Assembly (NCBI RefSeq): GCF_006345805.1
Contig: NC_043006.1
Span: forward strand, 102,424,001-102,488,000
DNA from: Octopus sinensis
Taxonomy: Eukaryota
Length of the DNA stretch: 64,000 nt
Direction: 5' to 3'
Positions 13,131 through 24,948 of this stretch are shown piece after piece (within the stretch, counting starts at the first letter, position 1; each line of letters begins with the position of its first letter). The notes beneath the pieces were generated by a model. That model saw nothing but the letters and a program-made list of their open reading frames with translations. It searched no databases and had not been told where the DNA came from. The translations under genes were made by a program, and so were the position numbers.

Positions 13131-13621
13131 CTTAGATTTTGATATACAAAGATTTGATAAACAAGACTATGTATCAAAACTGACCCCAAAATCAGTGACA
13201 AGCTAGAACCCTAACAAGTTTCTTTTTTCCTGATGTCTTAGTAGCTTCTAAGCTGAAGTGAAAACAGCATGGACTTTGTCTGCCTTCCTACACTCTTAGA
13301 GGATTTAAGTAAACTTATACAAATGTGTCCAACTAACTAAATTAATTCTATTTATTTATGCAGCTGAGGATAGTCCTGCATTTAAATTGATGTAATGATT
13401 GCATTGTTCAATTAAATGGAGCTGCTTGAAATGGTAGTTCTGCATCACCTCTGGATATTCTGTTGCTTATTTTGATTTTATTTACCTTATTTTGAAATTT
13501 TACGGATAATACTGCACTAATTTTTGGTGCCTCACTGCAAGTACCTAATTCATCTGAATCTCAATTATTTTGGTTTATATATATATATATATAAAGAAAA
13601 AAAAAAATATATATATATATG

Positions 13622-13659
<38 letters not shown>

Positions 13660-14099
13660 AAATGCTGTATGAAAGAAAATTAATTGATAACAGAATAGAA
13701 CATGGTAAAGTAATTGACATCCAAAAATTACAAAGGACAAAGAAATAATTGTACATCACAAAACAAAATACAAACAAGCCCCTTGTTATTTAACCCCAGA
13801 TGATGCCTGATCAAAATTTATATTGTTATTCTGTCATTCTGAATGTGGAGCTACATTTTTCAGATGTATTCTTCCTTTCTTGAGGCACTAGAGCATGATT
13901 TACGAGAGATTTGACTGCTGTTTCTAGCAAACTGAGCAAACTATATAGAGCCTTCATTATAGATTCCTTAGAAAAGAAAAACAGAGAAAATTGGAAGCGA
14001 TGGCACCAGTACACTCAGTTCAAAGGAGACATTGAGCCAACAAAGGGAATATTTATGTGGCTGCCAAATCTACTCCAAGTCATACCTTGTTTTCATAAG

Positions 14100-14460
14100 A
14101 AAGCACCCTCTTGTGTACCTTTTCTTAAATGGTACCCTCTCCTAGCACAAACCCAAATTGCCTCCTGTCTAACCTAATTCTTTTTGTAATTAGTTGTGCT
14201 CATAAATCTTCTTGTTACTTTGAGAGAATGGTTCATCAGTTTACTCCCTTTTTCTACAGTATTTTCTTCCTTCTTGTAGCAGTTATTGCTACTCTATGAA
14301 TTGGTTATAACACTTCTGTCATTGACTACCCAAGTGATTAGCACATGTCTGGCTTCATCAGATGTTTCCTGCATCTCAGCAACTATTTCTGATGATCTAG
14401 CTGTTTCCCTTATTTTCATACCATTGTGCTTTTGACTGTATTGCTCCTTACTTTATGTAT
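14100..14460 (-). mobile_element. Highly decayed RTE RT fragment
   Basis: Minus-strand remnants SEIVAEM and QFGFVLGEGT. Confidence 0.55.
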
Positions 14461-15729
14461 ACTATTTATATTAGTTGGACTGGGTCCTCATTTTGGTTGT
14501 TGCTTTCACCTATATTTTGGCTGTTGTACGTTTCACCTTTCTTCAGTTGTCTTGCATTGAACTCATTTGTTGTATTGGAATTTTTAACCTGAACACAAGT
14601 GTTCAATGTTCTCATTCTGCTCTCCGTGTTGTGTGACATTACCTCCATGGATTAAACAAAGTGTTAGGTTTGAAATTCCAATATAACAACTGATTTCAAC
14701 ACAAGGTACCTGAAGAAGGTTTGAGCATACAACAGCCAAAATGTAGTGAAAACAATGATCAAGATGAGGATGACAGTTAACTAATATAAACAGTTTACAT
14801 ATTACAGAATTCCTCATCCAGAAATATAAAATTGTAATATTTTCTATTAATTTAATCAATAATGTGTTCACTATTAAAGCTTTATCAAATAATCAAAAAC
14901 AATAAAATCTGAACTCAGACCCAGGCAAGGCACTAAGGTGAATCATAAGAGACCTGACGAAGGGTGGAGCATACATAACCAGAATGTAGTGAAAGCAACA
15001 ATCAAGGTGAGGTCGCCAGTTTGACTAATTTAGACAGTGTGCATGATATAAATTCCTCATCTCAGAAATATAGAAAAGATCTCAACTTTGTTAGCTAGTT
15101 CCACTCAGCTCCATTGTGTGGCTTTTAGAGGCCCCCTGCAACTTTTTGTTTTGAGGCCCCATCCCTTCAATCAAAATTCATAATCTACGCACCTTTTATT
15201 CATAGCTATATTTTACTTTATTCTACCTGAAGTTCAATATTTTACGCTATCCTAAAGAACATCTTTAAAAGTACAGACAAGTTAAATTTATTTAGGTTTA
15301 TTACAAATTTCAATAAGTAAAACTTCCAGATATGAATAAAAGAACACTTTTATAACCCAGATAACTTTCAAAGACAAACACGGAACACTTTTCACTTCCT
15401 GAAATTATCAATCAGTTCAAAATAATCAAGCTGAGAGCTAAGTTCATGTTCAATAAATATCATAGACAATCCATAAAGTTTGGTACACCTCCATGATACA
15501 ATATTTTTACAAGACCTTTTTCAGGTACAATTAATTACCATTTTATTTCTTGAAATTTTCAGTTAACATAGTTTAATTCTTGTTCAACATCTTAACCAAA
15601 GTAAATAGATGACTCATCTCTGTACAATGATCTTAACTCGGGCCCCCTGTAATCACAAGGGGTTGCAGGGGCTTGGTGACGGGCCCTGGTTCCACTATTG
15701 GATCTACTAAATTCATGACATTCAGTAAC

Positions 15730-16045
15730 CTCTTCCAGTAATATTTCCATGTTTTTTTCCCCTTCTCAGCATCAATAATACCAAGTTCTTTGCAATTGTT
15801 TCAAACACACAGCCTTGATGCCTGCTGACACTCTCCACTTTACAAACTGAGCCACTTCATCCCTGTGATCTTATTCTCACACAACAGTTACAAGCACCTT
15901 GCTTCCAGCTTCTCTCTCTGCTGTGTATATCTGATGTGCAGCTTCAATTGTAATAGCACAATATTCTTCCCTGCTTCTTCATTCTTTCAATCTTCCTAGG
16001 TCTGTTTCTTAGCTCTTATGGCTCTATCTAGCACACCATTCCACC
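15730..16045 (-). mobile_element. Highly decayed RTE endonuclease-RT linker fragment
   Basis: Degenerate similarity to the RTE linker region; colinear with the 14.1 and 12.6 kb fragments. Confidence 0.45.
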
Positions 16046-16051
16046 ACTATA

Positions 16052-16351
16052 TCCTCTTCTATATATAAAAATGAAGTTGTGTGTCTGTCTCCTACGATTT
16101 AGATTCCTAACTACTCCCACATTTTGTGGTGCAGTGTAACCAAAACCGGGTATCTTATAGTCGTGATTCATATCGAGCCCTTCTGGGTATTAGTGCGCGT
16201 CTACGATGAGTCTACGATTTTAAAAAAAATTTACCATCATTTTTCCCCATTTTTAATGCATTTTTTTGCTATTTTTTGGCTATAACTCTCTAAAAATGCT
16301 TATATAGTTATTTCCATTACAAACCCGAGCAATGCCGGGCGATACCGCTAG
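16052..16351 (+). mobile_element. Non-autonomous Helitron-like element
   Basis: A|TC...TATATAAAA start; CCCGAGCAATGCCGGG hairpin then CTAG|T. Confidence 0.65.
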
Positions 16352-16798
16352 TTTTCTATATAAGTATTTTGCGACATGATTTTGCTGTGGATTTGTATTA
16401 TAATGATAACCACACCTACGCATTAACAAGATATTTCTTCAACTCCCTCTGCATATTCATGCTTTTGTCTTCTTCCTTCTCCTGTTTGTATTTGTGCAAA
16501 TGCATTATTTCAATGTCAATGTTTATTTGTAGTTCAATCTTAGGTTAGCCACCAAACAAATTGAATTCACTTCTAAAACATATCCAACGGAATAATCTGT
16601 AAAAATATTAAAAATACAGTGAAATATTTTCCTTTTTATTTTGAATCTAAATTTTAAAAAAAGATAGCAAAAAAAAAACAACGAAAAAAAGAAACAAAAG
16701 CAGAATTTATTCATATGACATATCTGAAACAATATATATATATTATAAGATTGGATATTACTTTGTGAGGTGTGTGTAGTGAGTGTGACTGTATAGTG

Positions 16799-16858
<60 letters not shown>

Positions 16859-17043
16859 ACTCATACTCAGAAGCTGGAAAAGAGAAATAGGGAGACAGAA
16901 AACAAAGATGCTAAATGAAAGGAAGTTGAGGGGAGAGAAATGTAGTCAAAGAGAGAGAGAGAGAGAGAGAGAGATAATGATAGCAGGTTATAAGCTGCTC
17001 TGAGAAAATTGAGAGGTTGAGTGAATTAAAAAAGTTAGAATAT

Positions 17044-17330
17044 TACGATAGATAGATAAATAGATAGATAGATAGATAGATAGCTGGCTGGCTGGCTGGC
17101 TGGCTGGCTGGATGGATGGATGGATGGATGGATGGGTGGGTGGATGGATGGATGGATGGATGGACGGATGAACGGATTGATGGGTGGATGGATGGATGGC
17201 TGGATGGCTGGATTGGTGGGTGGATGGATGGGAGGGTGGATGGGTGGGTGGGTGGATGGATGGGTGGGTGGATGGATGGATGGGAGGGTGGATGGGTGGA
17301 TGGCTGGCTGGGTGGATGGGTGGATGGAGG
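17044..17330. repeat. Compound tetranucleotide microsatellite (GATA)n(GGCT)n(GGAT/GGGT)n
   Basis: Direct reading. Confidence 0.97.
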
Positions 17331-19140
17331 GAGAAAGAGAAAGAAAGAGTGAGAGAATGAAGAGTGGTGAGAGGAGAAAGCCAGATATACTACTGAGTTC
17401 AAAAGTAGAATAAATTGATTTACCATAAAGAAGGGAATAAGTTTAACATTTTCATTGGTCAAAGATTGGGAAAGATGATGCAGCAGCAGTACTCAGTGTT
17501 CAAAACCCTGTCTGTTGAGTTATGGAAAAGGGCCATAAACAAGTTCCCATATTTGGTGGCAACTATCCGTATCAGGTGATGTTGGCCCTTATTTCAGCAA
17601 ATTGCAGTTCCAGTGCATTTGTGTGTTGTCAAGATTAATGGCAAATTCTATGCAATTTCATGCTAAATGATGGCTATATGGTATTGAGATGTGCAGGAAA
17701 TACAAGGCAGAGGATTCGTAAAGGTTTACTCAGCCAGTAATTGTGGTGCTTCAATCTGGTATTCAAAGGATCCTTACTAAGCACAAACACATAACATTCT
17801 CACCCCTCACGAAGCTCTCATTCTCATACACTAGCAATTAATATTCAGTATAACATCCTTTTGTAAATTAATAGTTGAATCATCAATCAGTAAATAAACA
17901 AGTTAATAAAATTCAAATATTGTGGTTGGTTTTATTTAGGGGCAGCAGCCCCGCCTTGGCTGGCTTCCGTGCCGGTGGCACGTAAAAAGCACCCACTACA
18001 CTCGTGGAGTGGTTGGTGTTAGGAAGGGCATCCAGCTGTAGAAACTCTGCCTGATCAGACTGGAGCCTGGTGCAGCCCCTGGCTTCCCAGACCTCGGTTG
18101 AACCATCCAACCCGTGCTAGCGCTGAAAACGGACGTTAAACGATGATCATGATGCGCCCAGACCAAATAATCCAGCACCCAGGTAACCACAACGACACTG
18201 GATTAACTGAATTCTTACTGCTGTCATGTGATGTTCTGTTATGGCCCTTTATGCTTTGAGACCAAATCCTTTCAGTGTTAATAAAATATAGTATCAGTCA
18301 AGTTTTGAGGAAAATGGAAGAACGCACCATAATTTAAATTGGGAACAGCAATAATGTGGAACATGAAAACCTAATTTGGTTTTCTTGATTTTCAGGAACA
18401 AATGAGTTGATACTTCAAAATAAGTAAATCTTGCTTCTTGCCTTCCAACTTTAAAATATTTTTTTTCAAGATAGTCTTTGAATTTCTATGTTTGAAACAC
18501 TAGAAATTCAATTATCAAAAATATTTTTTAAAATTTTCTCCCTACACCTTTACTAACAACATATAATACTTTCCAAATTTTGATGATTAATGTAGTAAAG
18601 GAGATCCATATGAATTTGTGGAATCAATTGAAAAGGAAATTTAAAAGAATGGTGTGTAAGAGAATATGCCTGAGTCTCAACTTTTCAAATTTTTGTGATG
18701 AAATGAAGGGGGAACCAGTAAATCACAATTTTTAAAATTTCATGATTGATTTGTTATGTCTCACAGAAAATATATTCTACCTGTTGTAATCCATTATCAA
18801 ATGTTTTGGCTCACATTTTTATTCCTATTATCAAATAAATCTGTTATTACTGATTTTTTATGCCTACATTTTGTAATATATTACATGATATAATATTACA
18901 CAATATACTGTAATATAATAAATTCAACATAGGCACAAGCATGGCGGTGTGGTACGAAGTTTGCTTTCCATTCCCAATCACATGGTCCCAGGTTCAGTTC
19001 CACTACAGTCCTGGAAACTTTGAAAGACAGAAACTGTGTGGCATGGTGCAGAGTCCTGTTGCTAGATATAGAGTCTTCCTGTAGCCACCCTCTGACCCAG
19101 GGCAGCACTATCTCCTCTAGGCCTTCATGTTGAGCCTGAG

Positions 19141-19242
19141 ACCATGTGGGAAGATGAATGGAGGCATAATGTCACCATCACTAGTGATCACACCATGTGG
19201 GAAGATGAATGGAGGCATAATGTCACCATCACTAGTGATCAC
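19141..19242. repeat. Perfect 51-bp tandem duplication
   Basis: ACCATGTGGGAAGATG...GTGATCAC twice. Confidence 0.95.
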
Positions 19243-19249
19243 ACCAAAC

Positions 19250-19480
19250 ACCATAATGTTGACTGGATGTTTGATATTTTATCACTCTCGGTACATGTCC
19301 TCAGATTGACACCCAAACACTCTGAAATGTTTGTATTGGAGCTTCCAGCATGAATGACATGCAGAACAACATGTTGTTTCCAAATTTCTGGCAGAGCGAA
19401 TTGTGTCATGGTGCTGTTTTTCTCACAGATGGTGCTCAACTGACCCTACTATACTGTGTAGTTGACAAAATCAAAAACAA
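19250..19480 (-). mobile_element. Tc1/mariner-like transposase N-terminal (HTH) remnant
   Basis: MTQFALPEIWKQHVVL..IHAGSSNTNISECLGVNLRT resembles a paired-type HTH. Confidence 0.45.
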
Positions 19481-19559
19481 ACAATGCACATGATCAAAAT
19501 TAAAAATATAAATGGTGACAATTTACCCATTGCACCATGCATGTATATATATATAGTAT

Positions 19560-22500
19560 GATGGCCGTCCACTTGTGACCGAGGAAGACCATTGCTGACC
19601 TTCAGGAACATTGTGTGCTCAAGGACTAACTTATATTTTGCATTTGCAGCTCCATTGGTGGCTAATGAGTTGGTGGCATACACAACTGCAAACATTGCAG
19701 ACCAAGCTTTCCCCATTTACTATACGAGCCATGCACTTTCGCGCAGCTCGCTTAAGTTCTTCATGCTGGATACGTGTTCTCTCAAAAGTGTTGATCCCCT
19801 CCTTAACCTGCTTCCTCCATCTGTGGCGATGACAGGCATTGTTCTCCCAGTCAGTGTCACAGGCCTTTAACGAGGACATGACACAGTCCTTAAATCGCAG
19901 CCTTGGTTTCTGCCGGAGTCTCCTTCCATTCACAAGTTCTCCATGGAGCATCTGCTTATGGATCCTTCTATCCTTCATTCTAATAAGGTGTCCAGTCCAA
20001 CGCAACCGGTGCTTGTGCACCATCGCCTCAATACTCAAGATATCAGCTGTCCTCAGGACCTGTGTGTCTGGAATTTTTGAGGTCCAGCCAACATTGAGAA
20101 TGTGTCTGAGACATCTCTGATGAAAGCGTTCAAGGACCCTTACCTGACGTTTGTACAGAGTCCATGTCTCATATGAGTAGAGAAGCGATGTCAATACACA
20201 TGCACGGTACACAGCAATTTTTGTTCTCCTTGCGATGCCATGTTGGGACCAGACACGAAACTGAAGAGACCGGAAGGAATTAGTTGCTCTCTGCAACCTG
20301 AAGATATTTCCTTGTCCAGGGAGCAAGAACAGCTGAGTGTGCTGCCCAGGTAGACAAACTTGTCTACTACTTTCACTATTGTTCCTTCAACCAAGATAGC
20401 TGGTTCCATATATGGATTTCCTGGTGCAGGCTGGAACATTACAACAGTCTTGTCCAGGCTAATGCTGAGTCCAAATGCCCTGCAAGAAGCAGAAATGCAA
20501 TTCATGAGTATTTGCATGTCATCCACTGTATGAGTGACTACGTCACAGTCATCTGCATAAAGGAGGTCACGAATAATAGACTGGGAAACCTTTGAATTGG
20601 CAGCAAATCGGCGAAGATTAAAGAGGTGACCAGAAGATCGATATCTGACATATTCCCAGAGAGCTAACCTTAGCAAAAGCATGAGTAAAAGCAGCAGCAA
20701 GGTACAAAGAAAAGAGAGTTGGGGCAAGGATGTCACCCTGCTTGACACCATTCTCTACAGGAATGGGTCTCGCCATGGTGCCACCAACATTGACCCAAGC
20801 CTCCATCCCATCATGAAATGATTTAATTATAGATACAAAGTGATCCAGACATCCAAGTTTGCCAAGTATTTTCCATAGAAAGGCCCTATTTACAGTATCA
20901 AAGGCCTTTGTTAAATCAATGAATACCTGGACAAGATCCATATTCTGCTTATAGCACTTCTGTATCTGTCTTGCTGTGAAAATCATATCCATTGTCTCTC
21001 TACTAGATTGGAAGCCACATTGAGATTCAGATAGGACATCATTTACGAGACACCCATTCAGACGGGTAAGAAGAATATTTGCCAGAACCTTGCCAGCAGC
21101 TGATAGAAGAGCAATACCTCTGTACTTACCACACATTGTTCTGGCTCCTTTTCCTTTATACAGAGGAAGAATAATTGCATCCTTCCAGTCCTTAGGGATT
21201 GCACCATCCCTCCAGACTGCACTAATAAGTTCATGAAGGGACTGTGTGATGCAATTACCACAAAATCGCACGACCTCAGCACAAATTCCATCCTTTCCAG
21301 GTGCCCTACCAAGATTCAATTTACTTATTGATGTCATTACTTCATCTATTGAGGGCGAGGAGTCTAAGGAGCCAGTGATAGGTCTTTGTTGCATAGTATC
21401 AATCACTGTTTCATCCACAACTGACTCATGGTTTAGGAGTTCAGAGAAGTGTTCGATCCAGTGACCTGTGATTTCTGTTGATTTAGTAAACAGAGTGGAA
21501 GACTCCTTGGAAAGCAAAGGAGCTGATGTGGAGCTCTTAGGTCCATAAGCTCACTTCATAAGACGGTAAAGCTTCTTGCTGTCATTTGCATCAGCAGCAG
21601 TCTGAACATCACGAGCAAGATACTCCCACCAAGTGTTCTGCATCTTCCTGAGCGATCGCTGTAGTTGTGATTTTACACTGTTATAGTGGGCAAGTGCTAG
21701 ACTTCGCTGCACAGTAGACAGTTCTCTGTGCAGCAACACATTGTGGGCATAGCACTTTACCACTAATAGTCGCTGAATTTCAGCATCATTCTCATCAAAC
21801 CAGTCTCTGTGTCTGGCAGTAACATACCCCAGTGTTTCGGCTGCACATTGAACAACTTGGTCTCAAAAATCTTCCCATGCTGCAGCAGTTTCAATGCTGG
21901 ACAAGCGAGTCTGAAGCTCTTTTCTAACCACATCATATACCTTGTGGACATTTAGACGGCGAGGAATGCTGACTGGTTCTCTTCTCTCTTTCGCCCTAAT
22001 CACCACTCGGAACTTTGCTCGCACCAGACTGTGGTCTGTCCAGCATTCTGGTCCATGCAAGGACTTGACATTACAAATGTCATAAATGTCGTGCTTGCAA
22101 ATGATGACATAATCTAGCAAGTGCCAAACTTTGGACCTTGGATGCATCCTTGTTGTTGTGTGATCAACTTTGTGCACAAAATGAGTGCTTGCAATGTAAA
22201 GTCCATGTTCTTCGCAAAGCTCCAGTAGCATGAGACCATTGCTATTCATTTTCCCTACTCCAAAACGTCCTGGAGAGTTCCATGTTTGCCAGTCTGTTTC
22301 AACCCTGGCACTGAAATCCCCCAGTAGAATGACTTTATCAGAATTGGGGATTTTTCTAAGTATGGATCTCAGGTGGGTATAAAAGATTGTCAAAGTAGGT
22401 GCTTAGGCACTTATTAGAGTAGCAAACCGCTTACCTTTCAAGTGCAACCGTAGCGTCATTATACGTTCATTTATAGGAACAGGGAGCTCTTCCAACTTCT

Positions 22501-23720
22501 TAAGGATATCAGATCGGACTGGAAAACCAACACCAGCCTCTCTGCACTCCTCCTTCTGCCTTTCTTTCCAAAAAAAGGTGTATCCACTTCCTACTTCCTT
22601 AAACTGACCATCACCTTCTATACGAGTCTCTGAAAGTGCAGCTATATCAATTTTATAACAGTTCAGCTCATGAGCAACAAGTGCAGTGCGTCTTTCAGGC
22701 CTGCAATCACTCTTATTGTCCAACAGAGTGTGTTCATTCCAACATGAAATGTTTAAGTTCCGTCCAGATTTTATAGATAAAAGACTCTTTGTTTTTCGAG
22801 CGCAGGGTGGACATCTGTCAGTCGTGCTAAACTAACCAGATATAGAAAGAGAGGCAATTTTTGGTTCACCTTTTCTTGAACCTCCCCGGTCTCCGGGTGA
22901 GCAGTGCCTTCTCCAAATGGAGCTGCTCAGACACCCATGCAGCAACCGAATCCTACCGCTGTCTTGGGCAACAGGGAGACGACTTTATATCTAGCATGGG
23001 CCGCCTACATGCAGGTCGCTGACTACATGCTTCCAACCCGTCAGGTCTGCATGCTTCACCACCTTTCCATTGCCGCAGAACTTCCGAATAAAAAAAAATA
23101 AAAATATATACTAAAAATGAAGAAAATATATACTAAAAATAAGATAAATATATAGAGAAGAAAAGAAAAGAATGCCCATATCGAGCAGAGGTCGGCAATT
23201 CCTGTGCAGAGTTTTAGGTCCAATAAGGCTTGCACAACACCTCATAGACCCTCTCCACTTTATTGACATTATCCAGAGACAAGCCGGAGCAAGATGTCTG
23301 GTGCCAATATGAGTCGCAGGCTCAGAGATGTGGGAGTGCCGTGATCTCTAGCACAAACCAAAGATCCTCAAAATGTCAAATGCCATTCCCTGCATATCTG
23401 GTTTTATATCAGAGAGACCTTCTCCGAGAGACATGCTTTAACAAAAGCTGACGGGCGCCTCACTCCCAGTGGTTTTTCAGCATGCCGGACACCACCCCGG
23501 AATTTTTGTGTACCCGTGCTAACATTTATTGGATGGCCGTTGACTCTCAAGAGGTCCTCCGCCCTTTGACCGGTTTTGTTTTTTATCCTGCAGGGTGTCC
23601 AATAAACACCCTCCTCACCAAGCAAGCTTGGTGGGGTTGCCGGTTTAGTCACCGACGACCCGACCATGCAGCATGTTGTACTGGGTTACATGATACCAGT
23701 AGCACTCGAAAGTGACCTGA
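19560..23720 (-). mobile_element. Full-length RTE-clade non-LTR retrotransposon (APE endonuclease + RT), frameshifted
   Basis: Minus-strand ORF pieces: RPERRTALVAHEL...IAALSETR and ILLGDFSARV...WTDH (APE); YRGIALL, ESQCGF, FIDLTKAFD, GVKQG..LAP.LF, LLYADD, FVYLGS, RLRWTGH (RT and C-terminus). About 0.9-kb 5' UTR. Identical 16-bp flanks TATATATATATAGTAT at 19544-19559 and 23721-23736 (TSD). Confidence 0.93.
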
Positions 23721-23770
23721 TATATATATATAGTATACACACATGTATATATACATACATACATGTGTAT

Positions 23771-23813
<43 letters not shown>

Positions 23814-24051
23814 TAAGGGTAGAAATTGATATTTATCAATTAAGACCAGTGGTCTAGCATATTAAAAAAGAATCCGAAGATTAAAATATTTATATATACC
23901 AATTAAGGACTGAACACGAAAAGTGGACAGTCAACATGCTAGATATAGACGTCAAATCGCCATTCACCACAAAAGATTATGTTCTCAGATCAAACTCAAC
24001 ACAAAACCATAGCAATAAACAAGTGAAAAATATACGAAATAAAATAATTAC

Positions 24052-24115
24052 CCATGTACTAATTAGTTTCAGCTGTTATTTTCCGCAAGGAAAACTGCAG
24101 CCATCATCAGCATGG
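24052..24115 (-). ncRNA. Type I hammerhead ribozyme, inverted second copy
   Basis: Reverse complement of 24687-24750 within the 387-bp inverted repeat. Confidence 0.85.
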
Positions 24116-24686
24116 TCCGTTATAAATGTAATTTGCTGGACTAGATGGAAACACGATACCGAAATATCGCGTGCATGGAGTTCAGCCTATTACATTTGAA
24201 TATATCTTTCAAATGCCTTTACTTTGGCGCGTTGAAACCCGAGAAAACTAGCCTGCAGCTAATAATTAGCAGCAGTTTTATTGCTATGGTTTTGTGTTGA
24301 GTTTGATCTGAGAACATAATCTTTTGTGGTGAATGGCGATTTGACGTCTATATCTAGCATGTTGACTGTCCACTTTTCGTGTTCAGTCCTTAATTGGTAT
24401 ATATAAATATTTTAATCTTCGGATTCTTTTTTAATATGCTAGACCACTGGTCTTAATTGATAAATATCAATTTCTACCCTTGATTAATTTTATATAAATA
24501 AATATGTTCTCTAACCGATAAATTAACTGCTGCTAATTATTAGCTGCAGGCTAGTTTTCTCGGGTTTCAACGCGCCAAAGTAAAGGCATTTGAAAGATAT
24601 ATTCAAATGTAATAGGCTGAACTCCATGCACGCGATATTTCGGTATCGTGTTTCCATCTAGTCCAGCAAATTACATTTATAACGGA

Positions 24687-24750
24687 CCATGCTGATGATG
24701 GCTGCAGTTTTCCTTGCGGAAAATAACAGCTGAAACTAATTAGTACATGG
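24687..24750 (+). ncRNA. Type I hammerhead ribozyme (canonical core)
   Basis: Stem I CCATG/CATGG; CUGAUGA 24692-98; extra U; stem II GGCUG/CAGCU with inner UUUUCC-UUGC-GGAAAA hairpin; GAAA 24732-35; palindromic stem III ACUAAUUAGU; GUA cleavage triplet (cut after 24745). Confidence 0.85.
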
Positions 24751-24901
24751 GTAATTATTTTATTTCGTATATTTTTCACTTGTTTATTGCTATGGTTTTG
24801 TGTTGAGTTTGATCTGAGAACATAATCTTTTGTGGTGAATGGCGATTTGACGTCTATATCTAGCATGTTGACTGTCCACTTTTCGTGTTCAGTCCTTAAT
24901 T

Positions 24902-24941
<40 letters not shown>

Positions 24942-24948
<7 letters not shown>

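Larger units (their letters stand above)
23801..24911. mobile_element. Non-coding Penelope pLTR / retrozyme-like element in inverted plus partial-tandem arrangement
   Basis: A (23801-24019), B (24020-24277), inverted A (24277-24495), 29-nt spacer, inverted B (24525-24782), partial inverted A (24783-24911). Contains a hammerhead in B and is flanked by (TA)n on both sides. Confidence 0.75.

Noticed and set aside
17043-17462. 139-aa PSIH-repeat and WMDG-repeat ORFs
   Set aside because: Stop-free frames of a tetranucleotide microsatellite
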